Source: an uncultured Gemmataceae bacterium
Lineage (GTDB): Bacteria > Planctomycetota > Planctomycetia > Gemmatales > Gemmataceae
DNA: 64,000 bases
Reading direction: 5' to 3'
Assembly: GCA_963750165.1 (NCBI GenBank)
Contig: CAVVPN010000003.1
Location: forward strand, 3,264,001-3,328,000
The notes below the pieces were generated by a model. It was given only the letters and a program-made list of their open reading frames with translations. It was not told the origin of the DNA and made no database searches. Numbering within the stretch: position 1 is the stretch's first letter; the number at the start of each line of letters is the position of its first letter. Shown piece after piece: positions 49,201 to 60,343 of this stretch. The position numbers and the translations under genes are program-made.

Positions 49201-49938
49201 CTTGAGGCGGTCCTTCTGGTCGTCGGTCAGGCTGTCCTTGATCTTGTCCAGGTCTTCCAGCGTCTTGCGCACGTCCTTCATCAGGTCGGCCTGCTCGTCG
49301 GCCTGGTGCTTGACATCGAGCGGGAGGGCGTTCAGGCTTTGCATGATCTGCAGGCGCTGTTGCGGCGTCAGTTTGTTGCTCTTGTAGTCCTCGCGCTCCT
49401 TGATGAGCTGGGCCGTCTGCGTGCGTAACTGCTGCTGCTTCCTGGCGGCGTCCTCCAGGCGCTGGGCGGCCTGGTCGAGCGAGCGGATCGCCTTGTACTT
49501 GGCGATCATGGTGTCGAGGGTTTCCAGAATCTCGCGGTGCCGGGCGTAGACCTTGACGAGTTCGGTGTTGCGGACATCCTTGGGGGCCTTGGCGGCGCGC
49601 TCCAGGCCCTTGATGACCGCGGTCATCTGGTCCTGGCTCAAGTCGCCGAGAGTGCGGGTGATCTTGTTGAGGATCTGCGTTTCCTCGTTCTTGTCGAGAC
49701 GGTAGTAGGTCAGCAGCCGAATGGAAGCGTTCAGGCGGCTCACGAGTTTCTCGGTCTCTTCCTGGACCTGCTTCTGCTGCTCCTGCTTGGCGCGGAGTGC
49801 GGCCTCGGCGCGCAACTTCTCCTGCTGCGCGGTGGTGTCGTCGGTGCCGGCGCGGAGCAGGGCGTTGGTGCCCCAGGCGACCAGGACGGCCGCCACTCCG
49901 AGCACCGCCAACCGGGCCAGTCTTCGGCTGCTTAACAT
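46297..49938 (-). CDS. Very long exported coiled-coil protein with Q/G low-complexity tail (DUF4175-like, MoxR operon)
   Basis: Signal/TM MLSSRRLARLAVLG; QxxL heptads; (QGDPK/QGEAK)n; (GQ)n; LPPEY..LIQQYF tail. Confidence 0.85.
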   Translation of the reverse strand: MLSSRRLARLAVLGVAAVLVAWGTNALLRAGTDDTTAQQEKLRAEAALRAKQEQQKQVQEETEKLVSRLNASIRLLTYYRLDKNEETQILNKITRTLGDLSQDQMTAVIKGLERAAKAPKDVRNTELVKVYARHREILETLDTMIAKYKAIRSLDQAAQRLEDAARKQQQLRTQTAQLIKEREDYKSNKLTPQQRLQIMQSLNALPLDVKHQADEQADLMKDVRKTLEDLDKIKDSLTDDQKDRLKEMQYLAKEQDVLDNMVKIANRLNTLRPNDLDNQVKVWQEANELQRTSESNLQSLARTLRDPQAKLAALKEAKARLDQSIREQEALAEVAKEVNGKDQPKQAETANKGKKDRVPGLELPEGDKKLTPAEVAKAAKDLSDFQAKLEFDTRDTRNLLNPHSTDLAAKLGEAQKAMRDAEKELRHAELDKANPNQEQAAESMKKVRDEIEKMIAKEEKQKVDPLAALKNAAEQVERLIKEQKETRSDTKRAPADQLPQIGEIQKDLAKQTKELKDTPLPEKQEVKNALDQAAKAMDKATKNLEDKQAPPAMSKQTDAIKSLEEAKKALEDQIAEVQKRRDDIAKLEAAAKKLDQLAKEQGKVANKANEAAQKAPTAQEPKDIANKQGQLEPKAKDLSKELDPLAPKAGEKVADSAKDMNAAKKELADNKTDPGAKNADAAKQKLDEAAKEIQKQLANEKGKELADQIAMQGKKVDPQQAQEQLQKAIEQAEKAADKANEAAQAAKDLAELQKDIADKAAELKQPEANKAADKAAEALKQGDFNKALEEQKQALEKLQEAAKGQPMEQQPKEGEAKQNPMDGKQQQPAEAKQGDPKQGDPKQGEAKQNQAQPSEAKQGDPKQGDQKQGEAKQQGDMKEGDPKQGEAKAGDPKQGDPKQGQAKEGQPKDNVAKGGDPKQGQPKAGDAKQGQAKAGDAKQGQPQQAQAGQPKQGQGQQGAPQPGDAKTPGQLAQAQQKLMDATKAAAQSQQATQAAQGALGQAQAQAPQQVQKQLQQAAQNLNQAQGQLGQGQPGQAGQAQQKAAQQMKQAQQAMQQAQMAQAQKGEGQGKGEGQGQGEGQGQGEGQGQGQGQGQGQGQGQGQGQGQGQGQGQGQGQGQGKGKGKGKSQERNDTKGSGDRIADGKVSNEKSKLNDVLNDASLLDLPPRQREMIRQALSGELPPEYANLIQQYFANIARGRPVANAPAPMPTQKK

Positions 49939-52139
49939 GAAAAGCCCCCCTTGAATTTGTGACAGGGGTCGTCCCCCCGCCACGACGGTTCCCATGCTAC
50001 CTGATGCCGGGCGATAATAAAAGCACCTAAATGGTGGATTTCCGTCAAAGGCCCCCTCACCCCAGGCCGCGTCCCCGGTTGCAAGAAACTGCTGTTCACC
50101 GGCGATACCTTCTCCTGCTGCCGGCGCAACTCCCGCAACCGATCCTCCTGCTGGATGCGCCGCTGCCGCGCCTCGTCCCAGTCCTTGACGGTCACGATGT
50201 CCTTGCCACGGATTTCCGACTTCCCCGGCGGCCGCTGGGCCGCGACCTCCGTCTCGCGGTCATACTTGCCGTCCGGGAAAACCTCCACGTAGAACTCGAT
50301 GCGGTCGCCGGGCTCCAACTCCTGGCCGACGTAGGTTTGGCCGCGACTCTTGAACGTCAATTTCGACGTTTGGAAGTTGTAGCGGCCGCCGCCCTCGGTC
50401 TTGCCGGGCATGCCGTCGCCGCGGGCGAGCACGTGGAAGCCGACGTTCTCTTCGCTGCCGCTTTTTACGAACGCCCCGCTGCGCAAATCGAACGGCCCCT
50501 TCTCCAGCGACTCCGGCTCCTCGATCAACTTCAGCGTCTGCCAGTCCTCCTCGGTGGGCAGGGGCGAATCGCCACCGCCCTCCGACGGTTTCTTGATGAC
50601 CCGGTAATACAGCGTCGCCCGCCCCAGGCTGAGCGGCCCCGTCGCCGTGTAGGCGATCTGGATCCGCTGCCCCGGGGGGAGCGGCATGCCCGTCTGGTCG
50701 TAGTCCTCGGTGAAGCCCTTGTCGCTCGGGTCGCGGATGATTTCCGGCAAGAGGGCCACCTGCGGGGCTTCCTCCGGCACCAGCCGCAGCGTGCGCACCG
50801 GGGGCGGCACGTTCTCGAAACCGTACTCATCAAACACCGTGATGCGGTGCGCGGTTTCGGTCGGCCGTAACTCGAACTCCGCCTCCGCGTACTGGTTGCC
50901 CTTCTTGTCCGTCCACACTTTCATGGGGACGGTGCGCAACACGCGCTCCTCGCGGTTGGCGTTTTGCACAGCGCGGGCCAGCACCTCGCCGCCAAGATAG
51001 TCTCGCAGATTGTCCGCCAACGTCTTGACGCCGCGGGACTGCGAATCGCTGTCGCCCAGCGGTGCCGACAGGTCCGGCAGCGGCGAACCCAGCAATTCCA
51101 GCTTACCTTTCTCAATCGGCTTCTGCACCTTGACGCGCACCAGGACGCGCTGCCGCGGCATGGTCACGATGTCGCCGGTGCCCGACAGCAACACCGGATA
51201 CGGCTTCTCGTGCCTGGCACCGCGGTTGCCGAAGCGGAGCAGCACCCACGCCTCCTGCTGCGTGATGACCGGCCGCGGCTCGAAATGCACGTAGCCCGGC
51301 TGTGATAGCCGGGCGTCGCCGACGTAGGCCCGGAAGCTGAAGTCGGCGCTCGGTGCTGGCAGCGTGACCGTGTAATACGCCTGGCCGTCTCCGGCGGGCG
51401 AGTCGTACACCAGCGGGTAATCTTCGCCGCCCTGCCCCTCCGGGGAAATGGTCGCGTTCCCCGCCACGTCTGGCCCCAGCTCCGGCCCCTTGACTAGGAA
51501 CTTGAGCGTCACCTCCTCGCCGGCCGGCCACACCTTGCGGGTCTGGCTCACCAGGGAGTAGCGGCGCGGGATGTCCACGTCCATGAGCAGTTGCCGCGCT
51601 ACCAATGCCTGGACGATCTCGGGCAGCAGAACCAACAGGGCCGCGGCCGCCAGCACCACCGGCGCCGTCACACCGGCGCTCCACGACAGCCGGCGGTGAT
51701 CGGCCACCGCGGCGAAACTCATGCCCTTGGTCTGCCGCTCCGTCTCCTGCGTGACCGCGGCGATCAGCTCCTTCGACATGCCCTCCGTTTTGGCGCCGCG
51801 CTGGTTGAGCTGCACTGTCGAGATCAGGCGGTGGCTCAGGCGCGGCGTCTTGTCCTCGACCCAGAGGGCGAGCAGGCTGTCACTGAGGCGGCGCAGGGTG
51901 GGACCGAACACCCAGACGGCCAGGATGAAGCAAGCGAGCAAAAGCTGCGCCGCGGCCAAAGCGTAGCGCAGCGGCCAGGGCGTTTCGGTGTAGCGGTCGA
52001 TGAGGTAGTCGGTCAGGCAGGCCAGGCCGAGCACGATCAGCACCACGGCCAACCAGCGCGCCGCGCCCCAGGTGAAGCGCAGCGACCGCTCGCGCCAGCG
52101 TAACCGCGACAGTTGGCGGAGGATTGTTCTCGGCACCAT
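49932..52139 (-). CDS. Membrane protein of the MoxR operon (three N-terminal TM helices, Ig-like domains); 3' end uncertain
   Basis: TM segments, LSHRLISTVQL. The last ~50 codons look atypical. Confidence 0.75.
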   Translation of the reverse strand: MVPRTILRQLSRLRWRERSLRFTWGAARWLAVVLIVLGLACLTDYLIDRYTETPWPLRYALAAAQLLLACFILAVWVFGPTLRRLSDSLLALWVEDKTPRLSHRLISTVQLNQRGAKTEGMSKELIAAVTQETERQTKGMSFAAVADHRRLSWSAGVTAPVVLAAAALLVLLPEIVQALVARQLLMDVDIPRRYSLVSQTRKVWPAGEEVTLKFLVKGPELGPDVAGNATISPEGQGGEDYPLVYDSPAGDGQAYYTVTLPAPSADFSFRAYVGDARLSQPGYVHFEPRPVITQQEAWVLLRFGNRGARHEKPYPVLLSGTGDIVTMPRQRVLVRVKVQKPIEKGKLELLGSPLPDLSAPLGDSDSQSRGVKTLADNLRDYLGGEVLARAVQNANREERVLRTVPMKVWTDKKGNQYAEAEFELRPTETAHRITVFDEYGFENVPPPVRTLRLVPEEAPQVALLPEIIRDPSDKGFTEDYDQTGMPLPPGQRIQIAYTATGPLSLGRATLYYRVIKKPSEGGGDSPLPTEEDWQTLKLIEEPESLEKGPFDLRSGAFVKSGSEENVGFHVLARGDGMPGKTEGGGRYNFQTSKLTFKSRGQTYVGQELEPGDRIEFYVEVFPDGKYDRETEVAAQRPPGKSEIRGKDIVTVKDWDEARQRRIQQEDRLRELRRQQEKVSPVNSSFLQPGTRPGVRGPLTEIHHLGAFIIARHQVAWEPSWRGDDPCHKFKGGFSC

Positions 52140-52200
52140 GAAGGTCGTCTCGTGCGAAACCCGGATGTCTTTTCTGCCGCAAGCGGCGGAACAGCAAGCT

Positions 52201-54678
52201 TCAAATCAAATTCGCAAACTTCCGCAGCAGCCACTCGAAGGTAATCAGGCCCGCGAACAGCAGCAGTGTCAGCCAGTTGTACAGCAGCACCTCGCGCTTG
52301 AGCGTGTACGGCGTCGTGCGCGTTTCGATCTTGTTGGGCAACTGGCCCAGCGACAACTCCTGGAAGAACTGACCGCCACTGATCTGCGCCGCCTCGCGCA
52401 GCAACTTTTCCTCCATGTTCGCCTCTTGCAATTCGTGTCGCGGCGGCAGGTTGACCTCGTAGAAGAACGAGGTCTGCTCCGGCTGCGCGACGCGAATCTC
52501 GAAGCGGCCGGGGCGGTCGTGCGGCAACTGCACCTGATAGTAGCCGCTCTTGATGACGCCGCCGTCGCGGTCCTCCTCCGGCTTGAGCTTGATGGTGCGC
52601 GGCTTCTCCGTGCCGTCGAGCGCGATCAGTTCGGCGCTGACCTCCTTGGCGACATACGGCGTGCGGTCCCTGTCGTACAGCCAGGCGTAGAGCATGCCCG
52701 GCCGGCCGAAGACGGCGCGACCGCCTTCCAGGCCCATCTGCACCTGCTGCGACTCGCGGCCCTGCAAGTGCGGTAGACCCATGTGGCTGACCACCTGCGA
52801 CCAGAAGCGGCCGAAGAATTTATCCTCCTCGTTGAAGCGCCAGCGCCACGTCTCCTCGAAGCCAAGCCACAGCACCTCGCCCTTGCCGAACTTTTGCAGC
52901 ACCGCCAGCGGCATCGGTTTCTCGCCCATCTTGATGCGGGGGTGCTCCAGCAGCACGCGCGCTTCCTTGCGCACCTTCGTGACCGGGTAGAACCAGTAAA
53001 TGCCCTCCAGGTCCTGCCAGATCTTGGTGGTCTGCGCGCCGGTGTCACCCAGTTGCAGCATCAGTTCGCTCTTGCCGGCCTTGCTCAGCTGCATCTTGAA
53101 CGCCTGCGTCCGGGTCTGATCGCCCTTGAACGACTGGGCCACGAACTCGACCGGCAGCAGTTCGGCGACCGGCGAGTCCTTGTCGGTGTAGCTGCCCGGC
53201 ATGTGCTGGGTGCCGGCGATGACGATCAGGCCGCCGCGCTGCTCCTCGACAAATTTGCGGAGCACCTCCTGGTTCTTCTTGCCCAGGTACGCCGCCGGCA
53301 CGTCGCCCAGAATAATGACGTCGTAATCGTTGAAGAGTTCCTTGGCGTTGGGGAACTTCGTGAGCATGGCCGGCGATTTGATGTCCTTGGCCTCGCCGCC
53401 GATGAGCAGGAATTTCGCCTGGATGCGGCGGTCGCGCTTCAGCGTGTTCGACAGATACTTGTACTCCCAGCGCGGCGCGTTCTCGACGTACAGCACGCGG
53501 ACCTTGTTGTCCACGACGCGCACTGGACGCTTCAGCGAATCCCTGAACTCGTCATTGCCCTTGAGGCGGATGGTCGCTTCCAGCGTCATCTTCTCGACGG
53601 TCTTCTCGTTGGGATCGGTGCGGCGCGGCAGCACAAACGTCAGTTCCTTTTCGTAATTGTCGCCGGCCTGGCCCTCCTTGTCCTTGTCCTGGTCCTTGTC
53701 GGCATCGGTGCGCAGCGGCACGTCCTCGGACTCCTTGCCGTTGGTCAAGCGGACGCGCTCGCCGTTCAGGAACAGGGCGACCTCGACGGTGCCGGCCTTG
53801 AAGCCCTGAGCGGTGAAGCGCACCGGCACGGTCACGGTGTCCTCGCGAAACAGCGTCTCGGAAACATGCACGTCCTTGAGGCGGAGGCTGGTGGACTCGG
53901 AGGAGCCGACGCCGTAGATGAGCAACGGCACTCGGCGGACACGGCACTCGCGGGCGGCGTCACGGAGAGAGTCGAAATACTGGCTGGCGTTGTCCAGGCC
54001 ATCGGTCATGAGGACAATGGCGGTCGGCAGTTCCCCCTCGGGCCGCTGCAACTGCTTGTAGATGGCGTCGGACAGGGCGGTCTCGGATTCGTGGCGGTCG
54101 AAGCCGGCGAGCAGCGCCTTGATGTGCTCGGCTTCGCTGCCCTGCTCCAGGCCGGCACGCGGCACGCTGTGGACTTCCTGACCGAACAGAAACGCCTGCA
54201 CCGGCCCCTTCTCTTGCAGCCGGGCCAGTAAATTCAGCCGTTTGCTCTTCCACGCAGCCTGAACGAGTTCGGCGCGGGAGGCTCGCAGGTTGGCGCCCTT
54301 GGGCAGCAGGGCGGCGGCGCGTTCGAGGTCCACGGTGGAGGCGCGGCGGTCGCGCTGGTCCATGCTCTTGCTGTTGTCGAGGAGCACGGCGATGCTGCGG
54401 ACTCGCTGGCCCTTGAACTCGGAGACGAGCACGGGCCGGAACAGCAGCAACACGAGCACGACGATGACGGCGACGCGGACCAGGGCCATGAACTCGCGCA
54501 GCACAAAGGGCACGCGCCGGGCCTCGCGCCAGTAGAGCACGCCGACGAGGACGGCCAGGGCGGCGATCAGCAGCACCGCCAGCGGCCAGGGGAACAGGCC
54601 GCGGAAGGCCAGTTCCGCGGACTCCAGTGTGGTGCCCGGCGGCGCGTCTTCGCCCAGCAAGTTGTTGAGCCACTCCAT
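52201..54678 (-). CDS. Membrane VWA-domain protein with class I glutamine-amidotransferase-like domain
   Basis: MIDAS DNSKSM, ETALSDAI, LMTDG; VLYVENAPRWEYKYL; ETWRWR; C-terminal TM EWLLRK. Confidence 0.88.
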   Translation of the reverse strand: MEWLNNLLGEDAPPGTTLESAELAFRGLFPWPLAVLLIAALAVLVGVLYWREARRVPFVLREFMALVRVAVIVVLVLLLFRPVLVSEFKGQRVRSIAVLLDNSKSMDQRDRRASTVDLERAAALLPKGANLRASRAELVQAAWKSKRLNLLARLQEKGPVQAFLFGQEVHSVPRAGLEQGSEAEHIKALLAGFDRHESETALSDAIYKQLQRPEGELPTAIVLMTDGLDNASQYFDSLRDAARECRVRRVPLLIYGVGSSESTSLRLKDVHVSETLFREDTVTVPVRFTAQGFKAGTVEVALFLNGERVRLTNGKESEDVPLRTDADKDQDKDKEGQAGDNYEKELTFVLPRRTDPNEKTVEKMTLEATIRLKGNDEFRDSLKRPVRVVDNKVRVLYVENAPRWEYKYLSNTLKRDRRIQAKFLLIGGEAKDIKSPAMLTKFPNAKELFNDYDVIILGDVPAAYLGKKNQEVLRKFVEEQRGGLIVIAGTQHMPGSYTDKDSPVAELLPVEFVAQSFKGDQTRTQAFKMQLSKAGKSELMLQLGDTGAQTTKIWQDLEGIYWFYPVTKVRKEARVLLEHPRIKMGEKPMPLAVLQKFGKGEVLWLGFEETWRWRFNEEDKFFGRFWSQVVSHMGLPHLQGRESQQVQMGLEGGRAVFGRPGMLYAWLYDRDRTPYVAKEVSAELIALDGTEKPRTIKLKPEEDRDGGVIKSGYYQVQLPHDRPGRFEIRVAQPEQTSFFYEVNLPPRHELQEANMEEKLLREAAQISGGQFFQELSLGQLPNKIETRTTPYTLKREVLLYNWLTLLLFAGLITFEWLLRKFANLI

Positions 54679-54695
54679 GAGGTCGTACCTTTCAG

Positions 54696-54783
54696 AGAGG
54701 TCAGAAGTCAGAGGTCAGAAATCAGCAAGCAAGTTGAGGATTTTGGCTTTCGCTGATTTCTGACCTCTGACCTCTGACTTCTG
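54696..54783. repeat. Inverted heptamer tandem-repeat element (GTCAGAG/CTCTGAC)
   Basis: GGTCAGAAGTCAGAGGTCAGAAATCAGC ... GCTGATTTCTGACCTCTGACCTCTGACTTCTG. Confidence 0.85.
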
Positions 54784-54786
54784 GAA

Positions 54787-57660
54787 TTACCACGCCCGCC
54801 CGCACAGCCACGCCAGCACCGACTCGCCCACCGTCAACAGCAACACCAGCGCCAGCAGCCACAGCGTCCACTCCTGGCTGGCCGCGTCCATGCGCACCGA
54901 ACCGCCCGCGGCGTCGCCGGCGCTGACGTGCCGCGCCCGGAAGCCCAGGGTGGCGTCCAACTCCTGATCGCTCAGCGTCTCCAGGTTGGCTGCCTCGCGC
55001 GGGTCCGCCACCACCGCGAACGGCACCCACGCCGTCCGCGCCCGCCCCCTGGCCGCGCCCGCCGCCCCGATCCGGTCCTCTTCGTTCTCGCGGTCGGCGC
55101 GGCCCAGGAGGTACAGGCCGGCGCGATCCAGCACCGGCGTGACCAGCAGCGGTTGGCCATCCTCGGTGCGCGGCCGACCCAGGCGCTCCTTCGGCCCGGC
55201 CGCACCGGTGGACAGCTTCGGCGTTTTCAGCACGAACGGCGCGTCGGCGTCGTCGGCGTCCGGCTTCCAGCGAATGGTTTCGCCCGCGGTGTAGTTGTGC
55301 TTCTGCGTCTGCCGCTCCAGCATGTGCGTCAGACAGGACTGCACGAACGGCAGCCAGCCGGGCCAGAAGGACAGTTCGTTCCAGGTCGGCTCATTGCTGG
55401 CCGGGTCGGTGCCGGGGTCCGCCGAGGTGGCGATGAAAAGCACGTCGCCGGCGCCGAGCTTGCGGCCCACGATGGCCGGGCTGCCGTTGGTGTAACGCAT
55501 CAGCACCTGGCCCACCTCCGGCGCGTGGCCCGCGGCGTCCTTGCCCTGCGGCTTCTTCGTCGGCTCCTGCACCTCCAGCGTACGCCACACCTTGACGCCA
55601 TCGAGCGTCTCGTAGAACTTCTGCTGGTTGAAGCGCAGAAAAGCCGGCGCGGTCGCCGTCTTGCGGTCAAACTTGATGGCCGGGGCGTCCACCTTGAGCA
55701 GCCGGTCGTTGGCATCAATGACCGGCCTGCCACCCAGCTTGAGGACGTTCTGGTTATACGTCAATTCCTTGCTGCCAAGGACCGGTAGCCGGCCGCCCAG
55801 CAGCAACCGGCGGCCGCTCTCGCTGTACAGCAAATCCTCGCCACCGATCCGGAGCGGTTTGCCATCGACGCGGATTTTCCGGTCGGTGCGGTCGTAGCCG
55901 ACCAGCTTGGCCTCGGCCTTGCGGCGGTCGTCGTTGAACTCCACGGTGGTCAGCAGCGGCGCCGGCAGCAGACCGAGCTTGCCGAGCACGCGGTTGTACG
56001 GCTCGGCGGCAACGTGCTCACCGCCAAAGATGATGAGGCCGTTGCCCTTCTGCACGAAATCGCTCAGATCCTTGAGGAACTCCTGCGGCAGTCCGGGCGC
56101 CTTGCGCTGCTGATCGTCCTTCAGGGCGCAGTTGGCGAGGATGCACACGTCATACGCCGACAGCAGCACGCCCTCGACCTTGCCAGGCGTGACGGTGTGA
56201 ATGCGGATCGGGAAGCGGGCCAACTCCGTCTTGTTCTCGGGATTGATCGGCACCAGGGCGTGGCCCAGCTCATAGCTGCCGGACTGGGTCTCGACCTCGT
56301 TGGGGGCCCCGTCCACGACGAGCACACGCACCTGGTCGCGCACGGCGACGACGTGGTGAAACAGGTTGTCCGCCGGCAGGTCGTCGTTGCTCAGTTCCAC
56401 CGTCAGCGTGCTCAGGCCGAGGCGCTCGAAGCGCGAACTGAGCGTGACGGTACGCGGCTCACCGGGGGCCAGGTGATCGATGATCTGCGAATCCGGGTTG
56501 GCGGCCCGCGTCCTGTCCGCCTTGCGGTTGCGGGGCGGTTGCTTGCCCTTGTCGGCACCGGGCCGGTGATCCTCGATGGCTCGCGGCTGCTGGTCGTTTT
56601 CCAGCGTGACGGTCAGGTTACGCAGCACCTCACTGCCGGTGTTGCGGACCATGACCGCGAAGCTGACGCGCTCCTTCGGCCGGGCGATGCCGGTCTGCGG
56701 CACCACCGCGACGATGGCGGCGTTTCGCGGCTTCTTGCTGCCGCAGCGCACCAGGTTGACCTGCGCCTTCTCATGCAGATCGCGCAGCGTCTTGCTCAGG
56801 GTGCCGTCCTGGTCCTGCCAGCCGAGCTTCTGCATGTCGCTGAAGACGTACAGTTCGCGGCTGCGGGTCTTTTCCTCGTCGAGCAGCGCGGCGGCGGCGA
56901 CGATGCCGGGACGCAGGTCCGTGGCCAGGTGCGTCAATTCGATGGCGCGGATCAGTTCGCGGGCCTCCTGGACGTTGCCGGCGTCGCGCGGGCCGATGAC
57001 CGTGGCCTGGTTGGAGCAGGTGATGACCTTGACGTGAGCGTAGGGCGGCAGCTGGTCGAGGACACGCAGGGCGGCCTCTTTGGCGAGGTCGAGCCGGAGC
57101 TTGTCGTTATCGGGGCGGTCCCGGTCGCCGGCGCGGTTCGGGTCGGCCTCACGGACGCCCATGCTCATGGAGTTGTCGATGACCAGGACGGCCAGCACCT
57201 CCTCGCGGCCCGAGGCGGCGGCCGTGCCGGAGAACCACCCGGCCGCGGCCAGCGGCACCCAGAGCAGGGCACACACCCCCAGCATGGCGACCTGCGTCAC
57301 CGCGAAAATCAGGGCGTTGCCGGCCTTCGACTTCGTGAGTTGCCAGAATGGAGAGAGCACCCAGGTGAGTGTGATGGCAGTCAGGACGACGACGGCGAGC
57401 AGCCAGAAGAAGCCCACGGGGACGAGGTTCAGCAGGCGGGCCAGGGCCAGGGCCAGGAAGGCCAGCACGAGGATGCGGGCCAGCAGCAGCAGGTATTCCT
57501 GAAACTTGACGCGGCGGCTGGTCTGCTCGATGCTGGTGAGCAGGAACTTCATGGCCGCCCACGGCACCCGGCGGTAGCGCGTGCGGAACAGGAAATGGAG
57601 CAGGACCGGGATCGCCGCCGCGGCTGCGCCGAACAACAGGATGGGTGCCAGGAAGGTCAT
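54787..57660 (-). CDS. BatA-domain / VWA membrane protein
   Basis: MTFLAP..IPVLLHFL..WAAMKFL..LLLLARIL; DNSMSM; FSDMQ; C-terminal TM ESVLA. Confidence 0.9.
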   Translation of the reverse strand: MTFLAPILLFGAAAAAIPVLLHFLFRTRYRRVPWAAMKFLLTSIEQTSRRVKFQEYLLLLARILVLAFLALALARLLNLVPVGFFWLLAVVVLTAITLTWVLSPFWQLTKSKAGNALIFAVTQVAMLGVCALLWVPLAAAGWFSGTAAASGREEVLAVLVIDNSMSMGVREADPNRAGDRDRPDNDKLRLDLAKEAALRVLDQLPPYAHVKVITCSNQATVIGPRDAGNVQEARELIRAIELTHLATDLRPGIVAAAALLDEEKTRSRELYVFSDMQKLGWQDQDGTLSKTLRDLHEKAQVNLVRCGSKKPRNAAIVAVVPQTGIARPKERVSFAVMVRNTGSEVLRNLTVTLENDQQPRAIEDHRPGADKGKQPPRNRKADRTRAANPDSQIIDHLAPGEPRTVTLSSRFERLGLSTLTVELSNDDLPADNLFHHVVAVRDQVRVLVVDGAPNEVETQSGSYELGHALVPINPENKTELARFPIRIHTVTPGKVEGVLLSAYDVCILANCALKDDQQRKAPGLPQEFLKDLSDFVQKGNGLIIFGGEHVAAEPYNRVLGKLGLLPAPLLTTVEFNDDRRKAEAKLVGYDRTDRKIRVDGKPLRIGGEDLLYSESGRRLLLGGRLPVLGSKELTYNQNVLKLGGRPVIDANDRLLKVDAPAIKFDRKTATAPAFLRFNQQKFYETLDGVKVWRTLEVQEPTKKPQGKDAAGHAPEVGQVLMRYTNGSPAIVGRKLGAGDVLFIATSADPGTDPASNEPTWNELSFWPGWLPFVQSCLTHMLERQTQKHNYTAGETIRWKPDADDADAPFVLKTPKLSTGAAGPKERLGRPRTEDGQPLLVTPVLDRAGLYLLGRADRENEEDRIGAAGAARGRARTAWVPFAVVADPREAANLETLSDQELDATLGFRARHVSAGDAAGGSVRMDAASQEWTLWLLALVLLLTVGESVLAWLCGRAW

Positions 57661-57664
57661 GTTA

Positions 57665-57768
57665 GGTCATTAGTCATTAGTCATTAGTCATCAGTCATTA
57701 GTCCCTAGCCACCGTCATCGGTCATCAGGAATTGAAACTAATGACTAATGACTGATGACTAATGACTA
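57665..57768. repeat. Inverted heptamer tandem-repeat element (GTCATTA)n
   Basis: 5 forward heptamers, a spacer, 4 inverted heptamers; includes the stop of the DUF58 gene. Confidence 0.85.
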
Positions 57769-58662
57769 AACCACCCGCACGCGCTGCCGCCGCGCCAGGT
57801 ACTCCGTCAGCGTCACCGCCAGCGGCCGCGACGTGTTCAGCAACACGTAATCGCAGCGGTTGTTCTCGCAGCCGGTCTGCAACTCCTTCAGATACTTCTG
57901 CACCGCTCGCAGATACGCCGGCCGGATCAACTGTGGCCGCGTCAGCAGGTGCAGTTGCTCCTCCATGCCGTCGAACTTGATCGTGCCGTCGAACGGGAAC
58001 TGTAGCTCGTCGGGGTGCATGACGTGGAAGACCGTCACCTCATGGCCCTGGAAGCGCAGGTGCTGCAAGCCCGACATCAGCGCGTCCACATCGTCGAAGC
58101 AATCGGAGATGACGAACACCAGACCGCGGCGCGTGATGCGCTGGGCGATGTCGTGCAGCAGCGGCCCCATGCTCGTCTTGTCGCGCGGCTCCAGCTGCTC
58201 CAGTGCGTGCAGGATCGTCAGCACGTGGCCCGTCTGGCTGCTCGGCGGAAAAATCTCGCGCCAGGTTTCGTCAAAGATATTGAGGCCAACGCTGTCGCGC
58301 TGCTGCACGATCAGGTACGACAGCACTGCCGTCAGCACCTTGGCGTATTCGAGCTTGCGCTGCTGGCCGCCGCCGTAGAGCATCGACTTGCTGGCGTCCA
58401 GCAGCAGATGGCAGGTGAAGTTCGTCTCCTGCTCGTACTGCTTGATGGTGTAGCGCTCGGAGCGACCGTAGCTCTTCCAGTCGATGTGCTTGATGTCGTC
58501 GCCAGGGACGTACTCGCGGTGCTGGACGAACTCGACCGAGAAGCCGCGGAAGGGGCTCTTGTGGTCGCCGACGCGCAAACCCTCGACGATGGTGCGCGCC
58601 GCCAGACCGAGCGCCTGGGCGCGCGCCACCACGTCGGGATGGAGGTATTTGGTGCTTGCCAC
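57766..58662 (-). CDS. DUF58 (VWA-like) protein
   Basis: HKSPFRGFSVEFVQHREYVPGDDIKHIDWK, DASKSM, ISDCF. Confidence 0.93.
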   Translation of the reverse strand: MASTKYLHPDVVARAQALGLAARTIVEGLRVGDHKSPFRGFSVEFVQHREYVPGDDIKHIDWKSYGRSERYTIKQYEQETNFTCHLLLDASKSMLYGGGQQRKLEYAKVLTAVLSYLIVQQRDSVGLNIFDETWREIFPPSSQTGHVLTILHALEQLEPRDKTSMGPLLHDIAQRITRRGLVFVISDCFDDVDALMSGLQHLRFQGHEVTVFHVMHPDELQFPFDGTIKFDGMEEQLHLLTRPQLIRPAYLRAVQKYLKELQTGCENNRCDYVLLNTSRPLAVTLTEYLARRQRVRVV

Positions 58663-58664
58663 GG

Positions 58665-59777
<1,113 letters not shown>

Positions 59778-59992
59778 CGTGGGGTCTCGCGGAAGGTTGG
59801 GTCGGCAAACGCAAACGCGCTGGGGCGCGCATCCAGGGAACCTGACCGGCTGGTAAACGTTTCACCAGCAACCGGGGCTGGCTGGTGAGGGATTGTGCAA
59901 GAAGAAGACTGTCAGGTCGCCTTCTTCCAACAGGGGAGGCGAATTCCATCGTAAGCCGCAATTGCGGCGCGTCAACTGATTTCTCCATTATT

Positions 59993-60335
59993 CTACGAAC
60001 CGAGGGGATTTGTCCAGGTGCCGGGCTGCGCTCCCCAGCAACCAGCGCTGGCCCGCGCGCAGCGCCTCCTGCAACTCAGGGATCTGTTCGCGCAGTCGGC
60101 CGCGCGCCAGGTCGGCCAGCGCCGCCAGAGCGCCTGCTCCCGTTGCCAACGCAGGAGTGTGCGCTCGGGCAGGCTCACGACCTGGTGGACATCGGCGACC
60201 ACGGCTGGGGGGACGGCGTACTGCGCGGCCACCGCCTGCAGTTCCTCCTCGAGTTGCTCAGCGAAAGCCAGCAAAACGTCGCGGTGGTTCTCCAGGCGGG
60301 CCTGGCGGGCCGCTCTCTGGACCGGGCACGAGAGA
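59993..60335 (-). pseudogene. Probable internal fragment of a transposase (relic)
   Basis: RLENHRDVLLAFAEQLEEELQAVAAQY..RWQREQAL resembles, from recall, a segment of planctomycete/cyanobacterial transposases. No convincing start; abuts the purH stop. Confidence 0.4.
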
Positions 60336-60343
60336 GCCGTGTG

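Noticed and set aside
49932..50110. Possible frameshift fusing the 52139 ORF to the 49938 ORF
   Set aside because: A one-base addition would join the frames, but the downstream gene has its own RBS and signal peptide; unresolved without reads.
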